From a virus (lineage: Duplodnaviria; Caudoviricetes): a DNA stretch of 64,000 nt. The stretch lies in the IMG/VR virus record IMGVR_UViG_3300048502_000104, positions 805-64,804 of that record; one strand, written 5' to 3'. Both the position numbers and the translations under genes were made by a program. Positions 16,592-22,710 of the stretch are shown in pieces. The stretch's first letter is position 1. Every line of letters begins with the position of its first letter. Under the pieces are notes generated by a model. The model made no database searches and had not been told where the DNA came from. It saw nothing but the letters and a program-made list of their open reading frames with translations.

Positions 16592-16650
16592 GCCGAAACC
16601 CGGCGCAGGCCGGGTCGCACCGTGATGCGGTGCCTGACGATGGCCGTCAG
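16591..16650 (+). ncRNA. Type II hammerhead ribozyme, copy 3 (predicted cleavage after 16616)
   Basis: Stem III as copy 1; loop I and core as copy 2. Confidence 0.85.
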
Positions 16651-16673
16651 CAACCTTTCCTGGAGATGCAGCA

Positions 16674-16850
16674 ATGGCAAAGTACACGGTTTACGTTACG
16701 CGCACGACCACCTACGAGGTCGAGGCGGATGGCCCGGAGGATGGCGAAGATAACCTCCTGGAGCTGTGCGACGACGACACCGAAGTGGATCAGGTCACTG
16801 ATAGTGTCGAGGTCGTGCCCCAGAACGCGTCGGCGGGGGTCACGCCATGA
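16674..16850 (+). CDS. Small acidic protein (58 aa)
   Basis: Hand translation MAKYTVYVTRTTTYEVEADGPEDGEDNLLELCDDD...; GGAGA RBS; below the ORF-track size cut-off. Confidence 0.6.
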   Translation: MAKYTVYVTRTTTYEVEADGPEDGEDNLLELCDDDTEVDQVTDSVEVVPQNASAGVTP

Positions 16851-17017
16851 AAGATCAGGAGCTGAAAGATCGGCTGCGCCGCCAGCGCGCCGAGGACGAG
16901 GCTTACTGGCGCAAAGGGCACAGCGACGCGTACCTGCGTCGGCTGCGCGACTGGTCGCAATCGCGCGACAATTCGGCGAAGCGGATTGCCGCCGCCACAA
17001 CACCCGGGAGGCGGTGA
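16847..17017 (+). CDS. Small basic protein (56 aa)
   Basis: ATGA overlap; MKDQELKDRLRRQRAEDEAYWRKGHSDAY... Confidence 0.55.
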   Translation: MKDQELKDRLRRQRAEDEAYWRKGHSDAYLRRLRDWSQSRDNSAKRIAAATTPGRR

Positions 17018-17096
17018 TGGTCTTTATGAACCGTTGGGATATCGACGAGGCCCTCGCACGCGCGCGGCCTGCTTCCCTGGACTGGAGGGATTGACG

Positions 17097-17333
17097 ATGA
17101 TCAACCTGCTTAAGTGGGCGTGGTTTGCGCGCGAGCAGCACGTCACCTGCACGCGGTGCACCCTCGGCTGCCCGGCTGAGGGTGGATTCTCCGACGCGGC
17201 GCTGTACGCCGAAGGGCGGCCCAGTTTCGTCTGTGCGAACTGCGCGAAAGGCAAGCCGCCCGTCTTCCCCGTGGCGCCGAAGGTGCTCGCTCAGGCCGCG
17301 CCGCGCATCGACCCCGACGACGTCATTTTCTAG
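17097..17333 (+). CDS. Small Cys-containing (CxxC...CxxC) protein
   Basis: MINLLKWAWF...CTRC...CANC; GGAGG RBS. Confidence 0.55.
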   Translation: MINLLKWAWFAREQHVTCTRCTLGCPAEGGFSDAALYAEGRPSFVCANCAKGKPPVFPVAPKVLAQAAPRIDPDDVIF

Positions 17334-17341
17334 GAGGCATC

Positions 17342-17443
17342 ATGCGCCGCGCCGCCGTCTGGACAATCCTAAAGCTCTGGCGCGTGATGCCGCTGCGCCT
17401 GAAGCTGTGGGCTTTTATGAACGACGATATGCCCGAGGATTAG
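17342..17443 (+). CDS. 33-aa peptide
   Basis: GGAGG RBS; stop 1 nt before hammerhead 4. Confidence 0.45.
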   Translation: MRRAAVWTILKLWRVMPLRLKLWAFMNDDMPED

Positions 17444-17444
17444 A

Positions 17445-17506
17445 GGCCGAAACGCCAGCGCGAGCTGGCGTCGCACCGTGATGCGGTGCCTGACGATGGC
17501 CGTCAG
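17445..17506 (+). ncRNA. Type II hammerhead ribozyme, copy 4 (predicted cleavage after 17472)
   Basis: Same ribozyme sequence as copy 2. Confidence 0.85.
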
Positions 17507-17529
17507 TAACCTTTCCTGGAGATACGAGA

Positions 17530-17844
17530 ATGGCGAATTACCGAATCACCATCTGCGCGCGGTTCCGCGATGGCACCACCAACGAGACCGTAAGCGTCCA
17601 CCACGCGAACCTGGTACCGCTGGAGGCGGTGGGGCGCGCCGTACGCAAGCACTACGGGCGCGGCGCCTACTTCCGCACCGGCCGCCAGGAGCCCACGGGC
17701 GGCAACGTGATCGCCGGCACCATCGCGCGTGATCAGCCGTTCAAGCGCGCGCCCTTTGGGGCCGAGCTGGTCGGCAGCGTCGAGACCATGATCCTAGCGC
17801 ACGCCGTGGCGACCGTCACCCACCATCGCAAGGTGCGGCCATGA
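17530..17844 (+). CDS. Hypothetical protein
   Basis: 104 aa, GGAGA RBS after hammerhead 4. Confidence 0.65.
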   Translation: MANYRITICARFRDGTTNETVSVHHANLVPLEAVGRAVRKHYGRGAYFRTGRQEPTGGNVIAGTIARDQPFKRAPFGAELVGSVETMILAHAVATVTHHRKVRP

Positions 17845-17957
17845 AGGGCGCGAAGAACTGGGCGCTGATCATCGTCTCGACCTGCGCGCTGACCGGATTG
17901 AGCGCGGGCCTCTTTGCGATCTGCATCAGCGCAGCGCGCACCGGGGCGCTGGCATGA
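17841..17957 (+). CDS. 38-aa single-TM peptide
   Basis: ATGA overlaps on both sides; MKGAKNWALIIVSTCALTGLSAGLFAICISAARTGALA. Confidence 0.45.
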   Translation: MKGAKNWALIIVSTCALTGLSAGLFAICISAARTGALA

Positions 17958-19339
17958 TCACCGCAACCACAGGAGCTGAAATGAACACTGCAACCACCGT
18001 CACGACGGCCGTCGAAGCGCCGGCCGAGGTCGAGGTCATCGCCGTCAAGGGCTTCGACAAAGATCTGAAATGCCGCGGCTTCCAGTACGAGATCGGCAAG
18101 TCGTTCGAGCATGACGGCCAGGTCATGGCCTGCGAATCGGGCTTTCATGCCTGCGAGCGGCCCAGTGACGTATTCGCCTACTACGCGCCTGGCGAGTCGC
18201 GGTTCGCCGTTGTCAAGCTGAGCGGCGAGCTGTCGCGGCATGGCGGAGACTCCAAGATTGCCGCTGCGCGCATCACCATTGAGGCCGAGGTCGGCGTTCC
18301 GGAAATCGTCAAGCGCACGATCGATTGGGTCATCTCGCATTGCGAGCCGGAAGGCGAGCAGGCCACGGGCACCAGAGGCGCAGCGTCGGCCACGGGCTAC
18401 CAGGGCGCAGCGTCGGCCACGGGCTACCGCGGCGCAGCGTCGGCCACGGGCGGCAGCGGCGCAGCGTCGGCCACGGGCGACAGCGGCGCAGCGTCGGCCA
18501 CGGGCGACGGCGGCGCAGCGTCGGCCACGGGCGACGGCGGCGCAGCGTCGGCCACGGGCTACCGCGGCGCAGCGTCGGCCACGGGCGGCAGCGGCGCAGC
18601 GTCGGCCACGGGCGACGGCGGCGCAGCGTCGGCCACGGGCTACCGCGGCGCAGCGTCGGCCACGGGCGACAGCGGCGCAGCGTCGGCCACGGGCGACGGC
18701 GGCGCAGCGTCGGCCACGGGCGACAGCGGCGCAGCGTCGGCCACGGGCACCAGAGGCGCAGCGTCGGCCACGGGCTACCAGGGCGCAGCGTCGGCCACGG
18801 GCTACCGCGGCGCAGCGTCGGCCACGGGCGACGGCGGCGCAGCGTCGGCCACAGGCTACCGCGGCGCAGCGTCGGCCACGGGCGAGGGCGGCGCAGCGTC
18901 GGCCACGGGCGACGGCGGCGCAGCGTCGGCCACGGGCTACCGCGGCGCAGCGTCGGCCACGGGCGACAGCGGCGCAGCGTCGGCCACGGGCGACAGCGGC
19001 GCAGCGTCGGCCACGGGCGACGGCGGCGCAGCGTCGGCCACGGGCTACCGCGGCGCAGCGTCGGCCACGGGCGGCAGCGGCGCAGCGTCGGCCACGGGCG
19101 ACAGCGGCGCAGCGTCGGCCACGGGCACCAGAGGCGCAGCCATGGCTTCCGGTCGATTCGGCCGCGCCATGGGCGCCGAGGGCTGCGCGCTATTCCTGGT
19201 CTACCGCGGCGAGGACTGTAAGATCGTCCACGCGCGAGCAGCTATCGTCGGACGCGATGGCATCAAGCCCGACACGTGGTATTCGCTCAGCGATGCCGGC
19301 GAGATTGTGGAAGCCGCGAGGAGGTGGGAGCGTGATTAG
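17954..19339 (+). CDS. Phage protein with conserved N-domain and GAASATGxx repeat
   Basis: KGFDKDLKCRGFQYEIG...CESGFHACE...DSKIAA N-domain; repeat region; C-terminal DGIKPDTWY. Confidence 0.8.
   Translation: MITATTGAEMNTATTVTTAVEAPAEVEVIAVKGFDKDLKCRGFQYEIGKSFEHDGQVMACESGFHACERPSDVFAYYAPGESRFAVVKLSGELSRHGGDSKIAAARITIEAEVGVPEIVKRTIDWVISHCEPEGEQATGTRGAASATGYQGAASATGYRGAASATGGSGAASATGDSGAASATGDGGAASATGDGGAASATGYRGAASATGGSGAASATGDGGAASATGYRGAASATGDSGAASATGDGGAASATGDSGAASATGTRGAASATGYQGAASATGYRGAASATGDGGAASATGYRGAASATGEGGAASATGDGGAASATGYRGAASATGDSGAASATGDSGAASATGDGGAASATGYRGAASATGGSGAASATGDSGAASATGTRGAAMASGRFGRAMGAEGCALFLVYRGEDCKIVHARAAIVGRDGIKPDTWYSLSDAGEIVEAARRWERD
18361..19140 (+). repeat. 27-bp in-frame tandem repeat (~29 units)
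   Basis: GGCGCAGCGTCGGCCACGGGC plus 6 variable nt encoding TR/YQ/YR/GS/DS/DG/EG. Confidence 0.95.
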
Positions 19340-19574
19340 GCCGCACTGGCGGATGTTCGACAGCCCACCGGGCGGCCACGTCGCGCACCAGGTTGTCCAC
19401 GTCCGCCAGGATGGCGTGCGCGTTCGCCTGCTCCGCAGGAATAGCTTTCAAGGCGGCGTGTGGCAGGCGCTGCGCAACGATGAAGACGTTCACCCTGCCG
19501 AATTCACGAGCCTGGGGCGCGCCATGGACTGGTGCGATGAGCACTGGCCCCTAGTTCCGCCGACGGCGCCGTAG
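19332..19574 (+). CDS. Hypothetical protein
   Basis: GTG start overlapping upstream stop region; last plus-strand gene before convergence. Confidence 0.5.
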   Translation: MIRPHWRMFDSPPGGHVAHQVVHVRQDGVRVRLLRRNSFQGGVWQALRNDEDVHPAEFTSLGRAMDWCDEHWPLVPPTAP

Positions 19575-20060
19575 GAATCGACCGGCCTGGCGCTCAAAAT
19601 CGTTGCAGCACTCCTCAATCGCAGCTCCCATTGCCTTGGCAAGCGGGAGCTGTTTTTCGTCCACGTTCACCTCGCGCCAGCCGCCGCCGCCGCACACCTC
19701 GCAGGCTTTATCGCTCAGCCGCCCGGTCCCTGGGATCACGCGGAAGCCGCGCCCGCGGCACACCGAGCAGCAGGGGCTCAGCCACCGCAGGATCACCAAC
19801 AGCGCGATCCGCTGCAGCTCTTCGGGCGGCACGCCGACGCCTGCCTCGGTGCACAGCTTCTGCACCACTTCGGCGAGCTCGATGAGGCCCCGCTCACCCG
19901 CTGAGGCCGCCACGCGGTGGGCGCAGGAGCCTACCTTCGACTTGATTGATGCGAGGCCCGCCGCGCCGAGCAAATCCACCGTGGGTGAATCGGGCGACAG
20001 ATCGTCAGCCTGGTACGCGCGGATCAATGCTTCACGGATGGCCACAGCGTGCCTCCCCAT
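19551..20060 (-). CDS. Antitermination protein Q-like zinc-finger protein
   Basis: CSVCRGRG...CEVCGGGG zinc ribbon after a helical region; last gene of the replication block. Confidence 0.55.
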   Translation of the reverse strand: MGRHAVAIREALIRAYQADDLSPDSPTVDLLGAAGLASIKSKVGSCAHRVAASAGERGLIELAEVVQKLCTEAGVGVPPEELQRIALLVILRWLSPCCSVCRGRGFRVIPGTGRLSDKACEVCGGGGWREVNVDEKQLPLAKAMGAAIEECCNDFERQAGRFLRRRRRN

Positions 20061-20517
20061 TCACTATGCGGTAGGCTTGCGACGTAGCGATACCGAAGTG
20101 CGGCGCGACCCGGTACGGCGGGAAGCCAGCCTCCACCCACGCGCGAAACACAGGAATAGCCGCCTCGCTTATCTTGGTGCACGGATGGGCGTCACCCACC
20201 GCGCGGCCGAACCGAACCCGGCCTTTAGCTTTGCAGTCGCGCAAATTGTCTGTGGCCGTCCCGACCCAGAGGTGCGTAGGGTTGACGCAGGCCCGGTTGT
20301 CGCAGCTGTGGCAAACATCGAGGGCGGCAGGCCACGCGCCCCGCGTCAAAAACCAGACGGCGCGATGCGCTCCTACCTGGCCCTCACGACAACCTATGAA
20401 TACGCACCCGTAGCCGCTTTGCTTACCCCCCTGCCACTCCCAACACTCGTCCAGGCCGCGCACTTCAACCTTCGACCAGAATCGCTCCGCAAGCGTCTTT
20501 GTTTTTCGATTCGACAT
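20032..20517 (-). CDS. HNH endonuclease (homing-type)
   Basis: RFWSKV...CWEWQG...AHRAVW...VCHSCDNRACVNPTHL...NLRD. Confidence 0.9.
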   Translation of the reverse strand: MSNRKTKTLAERFWSKVEVRGLDECWEWQGGKQSGYGCVFIGCREGQVGAHRAVWFLTRGAWPAALDVCHSCDNRACVNPTHLWVGTATDNLRDCKAKGRVRFGRAVGDAHPCTKISEAAIPVFRAWVEAGFPPYRVAPHFGIATSQAYRIVNGEARCGHP

Positions 20518-21946
20518 AGCTCTTCACACCCTCCCAAAAGTCTTGCTTGCGATCCAACGCATCGAGCACCATGCGCTCCATCGGGTGCGCGGTGACGATC
20601 CGGTAGACGAAGCAGCGATCGCTTACTTGCCCCGGCCGCCGCAGCCGCGCGTTGGCCTGCGCGTACAGATCATAACTCCAGGTGAGGTTGAACCACACCA
20701 CAGTCGAGCCGCCGGCCTGCAGGTTCAACCCGTGCGCCGCCGAGGCCGGATGCGCCACCAGTACCTTCACGCGCCCAGCCAGCCACGCCTCCATCGCGCC
20801 AGGCTCCTCGATCAGCTTCGCGCGAGCGCCGAGCGCTTTCATAATCGGAGGTCGGTCGTGGTCGAACCCGATGAGGCAGAACACGCCGCCCCGCGCCTGT
20901 TCCACCACCTCCAGGAGTGCCTCGACCTTGGCGCTGTGAAGGCGCTGCACGTACCGGCCGAACCCGTCGGTGACGTAGAGCGCGCCGGCGCACACTTGCA
21001 GCGCCTTGTTCAACCCAGCTGCCACAGACGCAGGAAGGACGGACAGCCCAGGCTGCACCAGGGTGAGCGCGTTGTCCATCAGATCCGAGGCCGCGCGCGA
21101 CAGCTCCGGCGACAAATCCACTTCGAGATCGACCACCACCTCTTCCGGGAGCTGAAGATGCCCGGCGCTGGACATGGATACCCAGACCTTCGCGATGGCG
21201 TCCTTCAGCTCGCGCTCCGCCGCGTCGTCGCGCGGCACCCAGGTGCGGGCCACGCTGTAGGGCGTCGCATCCTTCATAAACCGCTCTCGAAAGCCGCCCA
21301 GCGTCGGCTCCAGCGTCTCGCCGCGGTCGAGCAGGTACTGCTGAGGCCAGATGTCGTCGAACGATCCCTCTGAGGCGAACATGCCGGCCAGCCCGATGCG
21401 CCGCCGCGCGCCCGCCGACAGCTGCCTGGCGCCGCTCCAGCGGTTGCTGGCACGATTCTTGGCAAGAGACAGCTCGTCGAAGACGAGGCCGTCCCAGGGT
21501 CGGCGCTGCCCGAGTGCTAACGCCAGCCAGTTGACCGCATCCCACGACGTGATGCAGATGCGGTGCGCCGCCGCGGCGGCCAGAAGGTGCGCGCGGGTAG
21601 CGCGCCGGTCCCGGAACCAAAGCTGGCCGGCCGTAACGTCCTTGGGCACCGCGCCGTGGTCGACGTCGCCTTGCGTGGCTCTCCGCAGGTCCAGGTCATC
21701 GTGGGTCAACACGCGCAGCTCCGCCGGCTTGGCCAGGCCCCATTTGATGGCCTCCGCGCCCCATACGTGGTCTCTGACGCGCTTCGGCGCAACCACGAGC
21801 CACCTACCCACGTCCAGCGCCCAGCGGGCCGCCCAGAGGGCTATACGCGTCTTGCCCATGGACATGGCGAGAGACAGGCCGATGTAGGGCTGGCGCAGCA
21901 CGCGCTCCCCCACCTCCAGCTGGTACGGCCGCAGGTCAGGCAACAT
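20465..21946 (-). CDS. SNF2-family (SF2) helicase
   Basis: LRPYQ, SMGKT, VFDELS, HPASAAHGLNLQ, QANARLRRPGQ. Confidence 0.88.
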   Translation of the reverse strand: MLPDLRPYQLEVGERVLRQPYIGLSLAMSMGKTRIALWAARWALDVGRWLVVAPKRVRDHVWGAEAIKWGLAKPAELRVLTHDDLDLRRATQGDVDHGAVPKDVTAGQLWFRDRRATRAHLLAAAAAHRICITSWDAVNWLALALGQRRPWDGLVFDELSLAKNRASNRWSGARQLSAGARRRIGLAGMFASEGSFDDIWPQQYLLDRGETLEPTLGGFRERFMKDATPYSVARTWVPRDDAAERELKDAIAKVWVSMSSAGHLQLPEEVVVDLEVDLSPELSRAASDLMDNALTLVQPGLSVLPASVAAGLNKALQVCAGALYVTDGFGRYVQRLHSAKVEALLEVVEQARGGVFCLIGFDHDRPPIMKALGARAKLIEEPGAMEAWLAGRVKVLVAHPASAAHGLNLQAGGSTVVWFNLTWSYDLYAQANARLRRPGQVSDRCFVYRIVTAHPMERMVLDALDRKQDFWEGVKSYVESKNKDACGAILVEG

Positions 21947-22373
21947 CGAAGCCTACCGCCAACGCCTTGACGAACTGGGCGTGCATCGCGACCAGACTGG
22001 CCGGGTTCACCGGCTCGACGCCTGGTGGCCGTTCCCTGGAATCCAGCAGGCGCTCCATCGCGCGCCGCGAGTGCCCGATGCCCCAGCCCGCGTCGTCCAG
22101 CAGCTCGAAGAACTGCTGCCGGCTCGACACCCACCCGGCGTCGACCCCCAGGTCGGTGGCCAGCGCCTGGAGCCTGGCGGCCTGCTCCGGCGAGACCGTG
22201 GCGCCCGGTCGCTTGAACTCCACTAGCAGGATGACCGGCGGGCGGTTCGGGAAGGTGGGGAGCATGACCAGCCGATCGGGCCAGTGCGCCCGGCCCTGGA
22301 TCTTCAGCAGGCAACCGCCCCACAGCTGTTCGACGTACCGGCCGCACTGCGCCTCAAGGTCTTTCTCTTTCAC
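21936..22373 (-). CDS. VRR-NUC domain nuclease
   Basis: EKDLE...GWPD-like HWPDRLV...LVEFKRPG...Q PD-(D/E)xK pattern. Confidence 0.8.
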   Translation of the reverse strand: MKEKDLEAQCGRYVEQLWGGCLLKIQGRAHWPDRLVMLPTFPNRPPVILLVEFKRPGATVSPEQAARLQALATDLGVDAGWVSSRQQFFELLDDAGWGIGHSRRAMERLLDSRERPPGVEPVNPASLVAMHAQFVKALAVGFDVA

Positions 22374-22397
22374 TTTCGGCAGCTCCTTTCCAATGTT

Positions 22398-22411
22398 AGT
22401 GAGTGCTTACT
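22398..22411. promoter_or_regulatory. Copy of 14-bp pseudo-palindrome (candidate operator)
   Basis: AGTGAGTGCTTACT between the VRR-NUC RBS and an upstream minus-strand TTGACA. Confidence 0.5.
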
Positions 22412-22429
22412 GTTTCGCGTTGTCAACTA

Positions 22430-22658
22430 CTTTTCTAGTAAGTAGGGAAGAAGGGAGGAAGGGAGATAAGAAGAAAATTAGCAGAAATGATTCTCTTTAT
22501 ATTAATTAGATAATTCAATTTTCTTTTTCTCTCTCTCTTTGTATACCCGGGATTCGTTCCCGGATTCCCTACTTCACCACGTCCGCGACACTTTTTTACC
22601 CGATCCACCTGGTCCCGCGACACTTTTTTACCCGATCCACCTGGTCCCGCGACACTCC
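22430..22658. repeat. AT-rich tract plus 32-bp direct repeats (candidate replication origin)
   Basis: AT-rich ~22430-22545; CCGCGACACTTTTTTACCCGATCCACCTGGTC at 22583 and 22615, partial third copy at 22647. Confidence 0.7.
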
Positions 22659-22710
22659 GACCCGCCGACGCCCCGAAAAAATCGCCCCGAGTAGGGTCCG
22701 AAGGGAACGC

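Noticed and set aside
14793-17506. The four intergenic repeats as CRISPR repeats, promoters or terminators
   Set aside because: They are 0.7-1.1 kb apart with whole genes between, have no -35/-10 or U-tract, and the hammerhead core explains every conserved base.
18361-19140. 27-bp repeats as a CRISPR array
   Set aside because: The variable part is only 6 nt, recurs, and is in frame in a protein; no cas operon.
18240-19574. 444-aa alternative-frame ORF (and 18325-19221) as a frameshift product
   Set aside because: The repeat unit has no stop in any plus frame, so open frames are expected; no slippery site seen.
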